In this document: piece after piece, positions 30,419 through 39,562 of the stretch
Numbering within the stretch: the first letter of the stretch is position 1
Layout of the letters: the number at the start of each line of letters is the position of its first letter
Notes under the pieces: model-generated
The model's input: only the letters and a program-made list of their open reading frames with translations
The model's database searches: none
What the model was told of the DNA's origin: nothing
Program-made: the position numbers and the translations under genes
NCBI GenBank assembly: GCA_050173015.1
Contig: JBFXLE010000002.1
Location: 1 to 64,000, forward strand
From: Calditrichaceae bacterium
GTDB lineage: Bacteria; Calditrichota; Calditrichia; Calditrichales; JBFXGD01
Length of the DNA: 64,000 nt
Direction of reading: 5' to 3'

Positions 30419-31270
30419 ATGCAAATTGTACAGGTTGGAAACATTAAAATCGGGAAGGGACAACCCCTGGCGCTTATCGCGGGTCCGTGTGTCATCGAAT
30501 CTGAGAAGATTGTCATGGAAACTGCTGAACAAATCAAAACTATTGCGGACCGGATTGGAATGCCGCTCATTTTTAAGTCATCTTTTTTAAAAGACAACAG
30601 GTCATCTGCTGACACGTATCAGGGGCCCGGTACCGAAGAAGGATTGAAAATTCTGCAAAAAGTGAAAGATACATTCGGCGTTCCCGTTCTTTCAGATATT
30701 CATGATCTGCATGATGCGGCAGCTTGCGCCGAAGTTCTCGATGTTATCCAGATTCCGGCTTTTCTTTCTATGCAGACAAGTCTGTTGCTGGAGGTGGCGC
30801 GTACAGGAAAGGTAATCAATGTTAAAAAGGGGCAATTTTTAGCCGCCAGCGATATGCAAACAGCCATAAATAAAATATCGGGGGAAGGGAATAACCAAAT
30901 CCTTCTGACCGACCGGGGAACATTTTTTGGATATCATAACCTGATCATGGATATGAGAAATCTGAAAATTATGCGAAGCCTGGGTTATCCGGTTGTACTC
31001 GATCCTACACATGCTATACGTAAATATGGCGTCAGCAGCAGCGATCCGAGAGGCGGAGCCAAGGAATTTATTTTCGGCCTTTCACGGGCAGGAGTCGCGG
31101 CCGGTGTGGATGCTATTTTTATAGAATCACACCCGGATTGTAACAACGCTTTGTGTGATGCCGCCAGTATGCTGCCTTTGCAGAGGCTTGAAGACCTATT
31201 GAAACAGGTTAAGGCGATTGATGAACTCATCAAACCAAATCTTGATAATGATGATCAGGGGCTTTATTAA
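30419..31270 (+). CDS. kdsA: KDO8P synthase
   Basis: IAGPCVIES, FKSSF.KDNRSS, QIPAFL, NVKKGQF, ESHP...ALCD. Confidence 0.95.
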   Translation: MQIVQVGNIKIGKGQPLALIAGPCVIESEKIVMETAEQIKTIADRIGMPLIFKSSFLKDNRSSADTYQGPGTEEGLKILQKVKDTFGVPVLSDIHDLHDAAACAEVLDVIQIPAFLSMQTSLLLEVARTGKVINVKKGQFLAASDMQTAINKISGEGNNQILLTDRGTFFGYHNLIMDMRNLKIMRSLGYPVVLDPTHAIRKYGVSSSDPRGGAKEFIFGLSRAGVAAGVDAIFIESHPDCNNALCDAASMLPLQRLEDLLKQVKAIDELIKPNLDNDDQGLY

Positions 31271-31334
31271 ATATCCGAAATATTGACATTCTTAATTAAG
31301 CTGAGCACACAATATTGAACATAAGGAAATTATC

Positions 31335-32648
31335 ATGACCGCATCAGGACTAAGCTGGAAGTTTCCCCGTGAATTTTGGGTTGCCAATCTGATTGAATTA
31401 TTTGAGAGGGCCGCCTACTATGGTATGTTCATAGCATTAACTCTTTTTCTGTCAAGAAGTGTAGGATTTACTGATATTGAAACCGGTTGGGTTGTGGGAT
31501 TTTTTGCTTCCTTTCTGTATCTCGCTCCAACCTTTACAGGCACACTGGCCGATAAAATGGGATTCAGACAAGCTCTGATTCTGGCCTTCGCGCTGTTAAC
31601 TGTGGGTTACTTTACGCTTGGATTTATACCTACAAAACCTGTCGCGATTTTTTCACTGTTTACGATCATGATTGGTGGGTCTTTTGTTAAGCCTATCATT
31701 TCCGGGACAGTGGCAAAGGCTTCTGATGAGAAGCATCGAGCCAGGGCGTTCTCCATATTTTACATGATTGTAAATATCGGTTCCTTTTCCGGTAAAACCA
31801 TCGCAAAACCTTTACGAACGGAATTGGGATTGGAATATATCAATTATTACGCGGCTGCTATGGCTTTTATCGCATTGATCATTGTGGCGTTATATTATAA
31901 AGACATCGATACAACAGGAAAAGGAAAAAGTCTGCGGGAATCACTCGACGGTTTGTTGAAGGTGATAAAAAATGTCCGCTTTATGGCTCTCATCCTGATT
32001 GTCGCGGGATTCTGGGCTATCCAGGGGCAGCTTTACGCGACAATGCCAAAGTACACTCTCCGTTTAGTGGGTGAACACGCGGCGCCGGAATGGTTGGCAA
32101 ATGTCAACCCGCTGGTGGTGGTGCTTTTGGTGGTTCCGATAACACATCTTGTAAGAAAGATAAAACCTGTGAGTTCAATCGGTATCGGTTTGCTGATTAT
32201 ACCTCTCTCCGCGCTGTCAATTGCTTTGAGTCCGGTTCTGCAATCTGTCACCGGTCAGTCGGTTGAGTTTTTCGGCCTCTTTTCTCTTCATCCGATCACG
32301 GTCATGCTCATCGTGGGCATCGCGCTCCAGGGTCTCGCGGAAAGCTTCCTTTCGCCCCGCTTTCTTGAATACGCGTCAAGGCAGGCGCCAAAAGGAGAGG
32401 AAGGGCTGTATATGGGATATTCGCACCTTACGACGTTTTTTGCGTGGCTTTTCGGTTTTATCGCGAGCGGATATTTGCTGGACACCTATTGTCCCGACCC
32501 GGCTTTATTGTCTCCGGATCAACTGGTTCATGCCTATGACAAAGCGCATTATATCTGGTATTACTTTAGCGCCATCGGCATCATCGCGTTTTTACTCCTG
32601 ATTGTTTTTAAGGTGGTCACGGAGAGGATAGACCGTAGGACAGTATAA
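31335..32648 (+). CDS. MFS transporter, POT/peptide-transporter-like
   Basis: ELFERAAYYG, F.KP.IS, FSIFYM.VNIG, multi-TM. Confidence 0.85.
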   Translation: MTASGLSWKFPREFWVANLIELFERAAYYGMFIALTLFLSRSVGFTDIETGWVVGFFASFLYLAPTFTGTLADKMGFRQALILAFALLTVGYFTLGFIPTKPVAIFSLFTIMIGGSFVKPIISGTVAKASDEKHRARAFSIFYMIVNIGSFSGKTIAKPLRTELGLEYINYYAAAMAFIALIIVALYYKDIDTTGKGKSLRESLDGLLKVIKNVRFMALILIVAGFWAIQGQLYATMPKYTLRLVGEHAAPEWLANVNPLVVVLLVVPITHLVRKIKPVSSIGIGLLIIPLSALSIALSPVLQSVTGQSVEFFGLFSLHPITVMLIVGIALQGLAESFLSPRFLEYASRQAPKGEEGLYMGYSHLTTFFAWLFGFIASGYLLDTYCPDPALLSPDQLVHAYDKAHYIWYYFSAIGIIAFLLLIVFKVVTERIDRRTV

Positions 32649-32707
32649 GTTCGAAAAAGATAAAACATTAAAGTAATTTTCACGTTTAGACAAGTAAGAG
32701 GCACCCG

Positions 32708-33223
32708 ATGAAATCAAAATTGGTTAAAATAACGATGATCCTGATGGATGTGGATGGAGTATTGACGGATGGCGGAATAATCTATACTTCAAATGGTGAC
32801 GAACTTAAGATTTTCAATGTGCAGGACGGAATGGGCATCACACTCGCAAAGATGGGCGGTCTGAAAACAGGGATCATCACGGGAAGAAATTCCGAGCTGG
32901 TGCGTCGCCGGGCGGAAGAATTGAAATTTGATATAATCTCACAGGGAAGTTTTGATAAATTAGGGCCTTACATGGATATCAAAAAACAGTTCAATTTAAA
33001 AGATGAAGAAATTTGCTATATCGGTGATGATATTCTTGATCTGAGTATTCTGAATCGGGTGGGTTTTAGCGTGGCTGTCTCAAACGCGCGTGATGAGGTT
33101 AAAGCCTCCTGTGATTACATAACCGATGCTCCCGGCGGGCGCGGCGCGGTAAGAGAAGTTATCGATAAAATATTAAAGAGGCAGGAAAAGTTGCACGCTC
33201 TGATCGAAGAGTTGACAAAATAA
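32708..33223 (+). CDS. kdsC: KDO8P phosphatase (HAD)
   Basis: DVDGVLTDG, F.VQDG.GI, YIGDD..DL, GGRGAVRE. Confidence 0.93.
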   Translation: MKSKLVKITMILMDVDGVLTDGGIIYTSNGDELKIFNVQDGMGITLAKMGGLKTGIITGRNSELVRRRAEELKFDIISQGSFDKLGPYMDIKKQFNLKDEEICYIGDDILDLSILNRVGFSVAVSNARDEVKASCDYITDAPGGRGAVREVIDKILKRQEKLHALIEELTK

Positions 33224-33251
33224 TGAAAAAGCTCATTAAATCACTGGAATC

Positions 33252-34097
33252 ATGATGAAGCACCTTCATTTATTAGTACTTTTTGCCTTTTTAATCATGT
33301 TCGAAAATCAGGGTTTTAGTCAGGTCAATATTGCCGTGACGGATTTTAGAAATCAAAGTGATGAGTATATCCTGGATTCATGGGAAAGGTCGGTCCCGGA
33401 TTTATTGAGGTCTGAACTCACCCGTTCAGATGAGCTTATTGTACTTGACCGATCCAGACTCGAATCTGTTTTGGAAGAACAGGCGCTTTATCTTAGCGGA
33501 TTGATGGATACATCTCAGGCCATGAAGGCGGGTAATTTACTAGGCGCTGAATTTATCATATCCGGAACGATGCACCAGATTGATGGAGTTTACCGTATCA
33601 CCGCTGATATCATCCGCGTAAAAACCGGTCAGATAAATTCGGAGACTGTGGAAGCGCCGGATCGAAAACATCTAAAGGAAATGGTAGAACTTCTCGGAAA
33701 TAATATCCGATATATGCTTACCGGGAGGGGAAATTATATCGCGAAAATCTCTCTGGCGCCTTATCCTACCTGGTATTTTCTGGGAGCCGCGGCAGGTTTG
33801 GGTACGGCGACGGTATTTGCTAATCTGACGTATCTGGATAATCGCGATAAATACCGGGATACGGAAAAGCTGGAAAAATTTGATACATACTATGACAGAG
33901 CCGATAATGCCAGAACGATGACATATATATTCGCTTCTTTAACCGGCGGCGCCTTGGCGGGATCACTTTATTGCTGGTTAAAAAATCGTTCAGCGAATGA
34001 AATAACGGCTTTAAAACCGGGGGGGGTATCATTGCGTCCCGGAATGTTTATTGGTAAAAGAGATGAGGTCAGGTTTAGTGTTCAAATTCATTTCTAA
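33252..34097 (+). CDS. CsgG/TolB-N-like exported protein with C-terminal helical hairpin
   Basis: Signal peptide, IAVTDF.N, VLDR..LE.VLEEQ.L..SG, G.LLGA.FII.G. Confidence 0.7.
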   Translation: MMKHLHLLVLFAFLIMFENQGFSQVNIAVTDFRNQSDEYILDSWERSVPDLLRSELTRSDELIVLDRSRLESVLEEQALYLSGLMDTSQAMKAGNLLGAEFIISGTMHQIDGVYRITADIIRVKTGQINSETVEAPDRKHLKEMVELLGNNIRYMLTGRGNYIAKISLAPYPTWYFLGAAAGLGTATVFANLTYLDNRDKYRDTEKLEKFDTYYDRADNARTMTYIFASLTGGALAGSLYCWLKNRSANEITALKPGGVSLRPGMFIGKRDEVRFSVQIHF

Positions 34098-34851
34098 AGC
34101 AATGCTCATCTGGTTTCTGGTGCTCTCCTGTGATGATTTACCGCGGGATAATCCGCTTGATCCCAAAAACAGCTCAGGTTACCGGGAATCCGTAGTGCTC
34201 ATAGAAGCGTTTGTGAATACATATAATCCCTATCAATATAATGAATTCACACTCGAAGCCCTCGATGAAATTGAGAATATTTACGGGAACAGAGTCGTGA
34301 TCGCCGAGTATCACCGAAATATAACACTGACGGATACAATTTATCCCGATCCCTATCATAATGTAAAAAACGAACAACTCTATCGGCAGTACGTGGATGC
34401 TGCTGATCCCGGTTCAATAGGTGTGCCCGATGTTTTTATAAACGGTTATCAGAACAGGATTCAGGGCGCATCAAGTAGTGCCGCGGCGAGAGACAGAATA
34501 AGCAAAATTGTCGGAAATCTTGTCATTGAAAAAAATGAATATACGATCGAATCTGACCTGCATGTCAACGGTTCCGGTATTCGGGCGAATTGCAGAATAG
34601 CGCGGCTGGGATATCAATCAGCCGACGAAATGATGCTGAAAATGATTCTGATTAAAAGTTACGGCGAAGATGATTTGAAAAGAGTGGTGGATGATATTTC
34701 ACTTCCGGTTACTATTGCGGGACTTGAGGCCGGATCCTATATTGAAAAGGATATCGTTCAAAATTTTATAAATAAACCTGATGCCGTCATAATCGCATTG
34801 AGTTCCGACGATGGATTGACAATATATCAGGCTTTAAAGATAGATTTATGA
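34063..34851 (+). CDS. Lipoprotein, possible Omp28/thioredoxin-like fold
   Basis: Lipobox-like VLSC, RDNPLDP, VLIEAF, EYH, GVPDVFING. Start uncertain. Confidence 0.6.
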   Translation: MRSGLVFKFISKAMLIWFLVLSCDDLPRDNPLDPKNSSGYRESVVLIEAFVNTYNPYQYNEFTLEALDEIENIYGNRVVIAEYHRNITLTDTIYPDPYHNVKNEQLYRQYVDAADPGSIGVPDVFINGYQNRIQGASSSAAARDRISKIVGNLVIEKNEYTIESDLHVNGSGIRANCRIARLGYQSADEMMLKMILIKSYGEDDLKRVVDDISLPVTIAGLEAGSYIEKDIVQNFINKPDAVIIALSSDDGLTIYQALKIDL

Positions 34852-35540
34852 TCATGAGAAAATATTTTCTGTTATCAGGGGCTTTAATCATCCTTAGTTT
34901 TATCGGGTGCGATACGATTGAAGATATTATCGATCCCTATGACGCTCCGATTATTTCAGACGAAGGTATTGTGCTGTCAGCGGGAAATCTGACGATTGGC
35001 GACACACTGACCGCATCTGTCAGCGCCACAAATTCCGAGGCGGGACCGTTAACTTACCAATGGTCATCGCCGGCGGGAGGCATGTTTATTCAGCCGTCCG
35101 ATTCATCCCGGGTTCGATGGATTGCGCCTCTGAAAGGGGATGTGTACACAATAAGGGTAAAAGTCTCGAACGAGAAAAAAAGCGCGGAAGCAAGCAGGGA
35201 TGTTAATGTGATAAGTCCTGAAAATCCAATCGTGAACATTCTCTCTCCTAAAGCGGGAAGCTATATTGTTCAGTACGATTCAGTTACGGTCATCGCATCC
35301 GCGGTTCATGATAATCCTCTGGCGGGTGTGAGATTGTTTGTAAACAACAATATGATTATGGAACAAAGTTACAGATTGGACAATATGTACACCATGCGTT
35401 TTAAGTCCACCGCTGAAATGATCGGACAGACAAAATTAAAAATTGAAGCAGAAGCGGGAAATCAATTTTCCAATCTGGGGTCGGATTCAGTCTTTGTATT
35501 TATAGAGGCAATTATTCAGGGAAAGGCGGGTATAAATTGA
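34848..35540 (+). CDS. Lipoprotein with Ig-like domains
   Basis: Lipobox-like FIGC, LTYQWS, VRWIAP...G.YTI.V.V, P.VNILSP. Confidence 0.65.
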   Translation: MIMRKYFLLSGALIILSFIGCDTIEDIIDPYDAPIISDEGIVLSAGNLTIGDTLTASVSATNSEAGPLTYQWSSPAGGMFIQPSDSSRVRWIAPLKGDVYTIRVKVSNEKKSAEASRDVNVISPENPIVNILSPKAGSYIVQYDSVTVIASAVHDNPLAGVRLFVNNNMIMEQSYRLDNMYTMRFKSTAEMIGQTKLKIEAEAGNQFSNLGSDSVFVFIEAIIQGKAGIN

Positions 35541-36499
35541 CTAATATTGAAATCGGTAAAAAAGTAATAAATATAGAAGCGGAAGCGCTCTCGGCTCTGG
35601 AATCCAGAATTGATGAAAATTTTGATCGCGCGGTTGAGTTAATCATCAAAAGTACCGGCCGGGTGATCGTTACAGGTATAGGTAAATCCGGAGCAGTCGG
35701 AAAAAAAATATCATCCACGCTGGCGAGTACCGGAACCACGTCCTACTTTTTGCATCCTGCCGAGGGGATTCATGGTGACCTGGGCATGGTGCATAAAAAT
35801 GATGTGGTAATCGCCATTTCCAAAAGCGGGGAAACCGCTGAAATTTTGCACCTGCTGCCATCCTTTCGCAGATTAGATGTGCCAGTCGTGGCGTTTACCG
35901 GAAAAAAAACATCAACCCTGGCGCGATATGCGGAGATAATTCTGGATATCAATGTAAAGGAAGAGGCATGTCCGCTCGATCTCGCGCCGACAGCGAGTAC
36001 TACCGTCACCCTGGCAATGGGCGACGCTCTGGCTATTGCTCTTCTGGAAAGAAGGGGCTTTTCGGCTGATGATTTCGCGCTTCTTCATCCGGGAGGTACG
36101 CTCGGTAAGAAATTACTGTTACGTGTATCGGATATCATGGAGAAGGAACAAAACTTGCCATTTTGTTTTGAAGATGATCTGATGCGTGTAGCTATCCTGG
36201 AAATGGCGCATAAAAGGGGACTTTGTCCGGTTGTTGACAGGGAGATGCACCCGGTCGGAGTCATTACCACCGGTGATCTAAACCGTCTCGTTGAAAAAAC
36301 TGAGAATTTTTTTAATATACCGGTCACTCAGGTTATGAACCGTCATCCCAAAACGCTTGATGGAGAAGATCTGGCGGTTATGGCATATCGTGAGATGGAA
36401 AAATTCCGGGTGATCGCCATGCCTGTTATAGATGCCGATAAAAAACTGATCGGCGTCGTTCATCTGCATGATTTGATGCAGGAAGGGATCTCAGCGTGA
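35537..36499 (+). CDS. kdsD: Arabinose-5-phosphate isomerase (KpsF/GutQ, SIS plus CBS)
   Basis: TGIGKSG, STGT, HP.E..HGDLG, APTAST, HPGGTLG. Confidence 0.95.
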   Translation: MTNIEIGKKVINIEAEALSALESRIDENFDRAVELIIKSTGRVIVTGIGKSGAVGKKISSTLASTGTTSYFLHPAEGIHGDLGMVHKNDVVIAISKSGETAEILHLLPSFRRLDVPVVAFTGKKTSTLARYAEIILDINVKEEACPLDLAPTASTTVTLAMGDALAIALLERRGFSADDFALLHPGGTLGKKLLLRVSDIMEKEQNLPFCFEDDLMRVAILEMAHKRGLCPVVDREMHPVGVITTGDLNRLVEKTENFFNIPVTQVMNRHPKTLDGEDLAVMAYREMEKFRVIAMPVIDADKKLIGVVHLHDLMQEGISA

Positions 36500-37032
36500 A
36501 AAAAATTTTACTTATGATGTTTTTAACTGTGATGATTAGCTGCTCTGCTGAAAGCGATGAAAATAACACCGCCATATCAACCGAAGAGTATCCGGATCAG
36601 GAGACCTGGAATACCAATCTTGTAATAACAAAAGACGGTATGAGAATAGGATATCTGAAAGCGGCCCATGTAAAAAAATATTCCTCCAGAAAAATGACTT
36701 ATTTTGAAGACGGATTACAGGTTGATTTTTATAATTCAACCGGTGAACACACATCCGTACTTAATTCTGACGGCGGATGGATTCACGATGTAAAGCAGGA
36801 TATGTACGCATATGGGAATGTGGTGGTTGTCTCGGATTCAGGGGCGACACTTTACACAGATACACTTCAATGGGACAATAAGCTTCAAAAAATTATTTCA
36901 CAAATACCGGTAAAGATAACCACTAAGGATGATACATTATTCGGAGACAGTTTTATTTCGGATCCCGATTTTAGTAACTATGAACTGATAAATTCACGCG
37001 GCAGCAGCAGTAAAAAGATTATGGTTGAATAA
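36496..37032 (+). CDS. lptC: LPS export protein LptC
   Basis: VDFY, A.GNVVV, LYTDTL.WD. Lies between kdsD and lptA/lptB. Confidence 0.85.
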   Translation: MKKILLMMFLTVMISCSAESDENNTAISTEEYPDQETWNTNLVITKDGMRIGYLKAAHVKKYSSRKMTYFEDGLQVDFYNSTGEHTSVLNSDGGWIHDVKQDMYAYGNVVVVSDSGATLYTDTLQWDNKLQKIISQIPVKITTKDDTLFGDSFISDPDFSNYELINSRGSSSKKIMVE

Positions 37033-38120
37033 TGTTAATGAAACGTTTCTATATTTTAAGCTTACTATGCGTATCTACCCTTGTTTTTGCGTCAAATGAC
37101 AGGCTTGATCTAATTCATGCCGATAAAAATATAGGGAAAAAGATAGGTAACGAGCAGCTTCGTATTCTATCCGGCAATGTGCATTTTGTTCAGGATACCT
37201 TAAGTATGTTCTGTGATGAGGCGGTTTTTTATGAGACACAGGAAAAACTGGAATTTAGAGGAAACGTTCTCATCGATAACCGGCAGAGAAAAATTCGGGC
37301 GGATAAAATTGTTTATTACCCCGAAACAAAACTCGCCGTCTGCACAGGAAAAGTGAAAATTACCGGCGAAAATGATTCTCTCTATGCCGAATATTTCACC
37401 TATAACTTTGAGCATAAAGATGCGTCGGGAAGAAAAAATTTATATATCCTCGACCGGACAAATAATGTACAGATTTGGGGAGACCGTGGCGTATATGATC
37501 AGAATAAAAAATATTCGATGGTTGAGCAAAATGCCCGGCTGATGAAAATAGACACCGCCTCTTCTGATACGCTGATAATTAAAGGCAGACGCCTCGAATA
37601 TTTCGATGTGGAAGATAACAGGAGAGCCGTTGTAAAGGACAGTGTAATTATTCTTCAGGGGGGATTAAAAGCGCGATGCGACTCCGCGGTTTATTATCCG
37701 GATCTGGATATCGGTTGGCTGAAATTGAAACCGATCGCCTGGTACGAGAATAATGAGCTCTCAGGGATTGAAATGAAAGTGCATTTCGATTCACTAAAAA
37801 TCCGTGATATCCATGTTTATGGGGATGGAATCGCGAAAAGCCTGGCGGATTCGGTTAAAGGGAGATACAATGAACTCAAGGGCAAAAGTATCGAATTTCA
37901 AATTGAAAATGATAAACCAAAAACCATAATTGCCCGTGATAACGCGATCAGCCTTTATTATCTAAAAGAAAAAGAAAATGATCAGGGGAGCAATTTCGCG
38001 ACTTCAGACAGCATTTTCATACATTTTAAAAATGGTGAACTTGACAGCATTAATATAATCGGCGGATCAGAAGGCATATTTTATCCGGAAAATTATAAGG
38101 GAGAAATGGGATTTGAATAG
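37032..38120 (+). CDS. OstA/LptA-like protein
   Basis: GNVHFVQ, repeated beta-jellyroll pattern, adjacent to lptB. Confidence 0.8.
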   Translation: MLMKRFYILSLLCVSTLVFASNDRLDLIHADKNIGKKIGNEQLRILSGNVHFVQDTLSMFCDEAVFYETQEKLEFRGNVLIDNRQRKIRADKIVYYPETKLAVCTGKVKITGENDSLYAEYFTYNFEHKDASGRKNLYILDRTNNVQIWGDRGVYDQNKKYSMVEQNARLMKIDTASSDTLIIKGRRLEYFDVEDNRRAVVKDSVIILQGGLKARCDSAVYYPDLDIGWLKLKPIAWYENNELSGIEMKVHFDSLKIRDIHVYGDGIAKSLADSVKGRYNELKGKSIEFQIENDKPKTIIARDNAISLYYLKEKENDQGSNFATSDSIFIHFKNGELDSINIIGGSEGIFYPENYKGEMGFE

Positions 38121-38862
38121 CCAGGATGAAAACGGGCTGATACTCAGAGGGCAAGACCTCGTAAAAATTTATTCAAAGAGACACGTGGTCAATGAAGTAT
38201 CAATATTTGTAAGACAGGGTGAAATAGTCGGTTTACTTGGGCCCAACGGGGCAGGTAAAACGACAACATTTTATATGATCACGGGTATGATCAAACCGAA
38301 CAGCGGTCAAATATTAATCAATGATAAAGATATTACCGGTTTGCCTATGTATCGCCGCGCCAGGAGAGGAGTGGCCTATTTGCCACAGGAAGCGTCTATT
38401 TTTAGAAAGCTGACTGTGGAAGAAAATCTGCTTGCCATTATGCAGATGCTTGGCATGCCCAAAAAAGAACGGAAACAGAAGTGCGAACAATTTTTAAATG
38501 AATTAAATATCACCCATATCGCAAAAAGCAGAGGGTATCATCTTTCCGGCGGTGAGCGCCGTCGAACAGAAATTGCCCGCACATTGGTAACAAATCCGAA
38601 ATTTATCCTGCTCGATGAACCGTTTGCCGGAGTAGATCCCATCGCTGTTGAAGATATACAAAATATCGTACACAGCTTGAAAGAGCGAGGTATCGGTGTT
38701 CTTATTACCGACCATAATGTCCATGAAACACTTTCGATTACCGACAGGGCTTACCTCTTGTTTGAAGGAAGAATATTAAAAGAAGGGACTGCTGATTTTC
38801 TGGCCGAAGACGAAGAAGCAAGAAAATTATATCTGGGTGAAAAATTTAAGCTTGACCGATGA
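38113..38862 (+). CDS. lptB: LPS export ABC ATPase
   Basis: [42 protein letters not shown]. Confidence 0.97.
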   Translation: MNSQDENGLILRGQDLVKIYSKRHVVNEVSIFVRQGEIVGLLGPNGAGKTTTFYMITGMIKPNSGQILINDKDITGLPMYRRARRGVAYLPQEASIFRKLTVEENLLAIMQMLGMPKKERKQKCEQFLNELNITHIAKSRGYHLSGGERRRTEIARTLVTNPKFILLDEPFAGVDPIAVEDIQNIVHSLKERGIGVLITDHNVHETLSITDRAYLLFEGRILKEGTADFLAEDEEARKLYLGEKFKLDR

Positions 38863-38873
38863 TTTTTAGATTT

Positions 38874-39314
38874 TTACGCGGTTGAGTTGAACGAAATATC
38901 CTTTTCCCCTAAATAGATCGTGTTTTCTTTTCCAAAAATCTTTGCTACGATCAAAGGTGAAAGGATTTCTGTTTGAGGCAGATGTACTCTGTTAAACGGA
39001 TAACCGGAATTCATCAAAAGGATTGAATCATCATCTGAGTATTCCGTATGATATCGATATCTTTGTAAAATTTTTTCAAGTTGTTTGGATGAGATCTCTT
39101 TAAATCTGATTTCCTTGTCCAATACAGGTCCCTCGTTTTCCTCTGGCAGGCTCTGCAACCGATCTTTATAATTTTGTTTGTATAAATCGATTGCCTTACG
39201 GAGTTTCTCCATTATATCATCAAGATATTTAGACTGTACATAACACCCCGGCAAGTTGATACAGGATGCTACATAAAAGTAACCGTCATACTCCTTTTTT
39301 ACGAAAATCTTCAT
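38874..39314 (-). CDS. HicB-like N-terminal domain fused to a degenerate HicA-like domain
   Basis: YVASCINLPGCYVQ...E.LRKAI.LY (HicB-like) followed by ISSKQLEKILQR.....RVHLP...LSP.IV.KI (HicA-like). RBS AAGGA. Confidence 0.65.
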   Translation of the reverse strand: MKIFVKKEYDGYFYVASCINLPGCYVQSKYLDDIMEKLRKAIDLYKQNYKDRLQSLPEENEGPVLDKEIRFKEISSKQLEKILQRYRYHTEYSDDDSILLMNSGYPFNRVHLPQTEILSPLIVAKIFGKENTIYLGEKDISFNSTA

Positions 39315-39562
39315 GACGATTCCTTATTAAATAAAGGGTGTCACAGTGACAAAAACTTCGTCATCATTCAAAAGATATGAGTCATCCTATAAGAAGTCAA
39401 TGCCAATATAAATTAGTTGAACAAGAAAAAATCTGCAATTTCTTTAATAATCGCGAATCAATGGCTAATTATAATTCATAAACACAAAACAAACTCAATT
39501 TATGCCCGAAATTGCCGAAACATTTTATAAAGTGAGTTCAAAATTTATCGATAAAGGCAATT

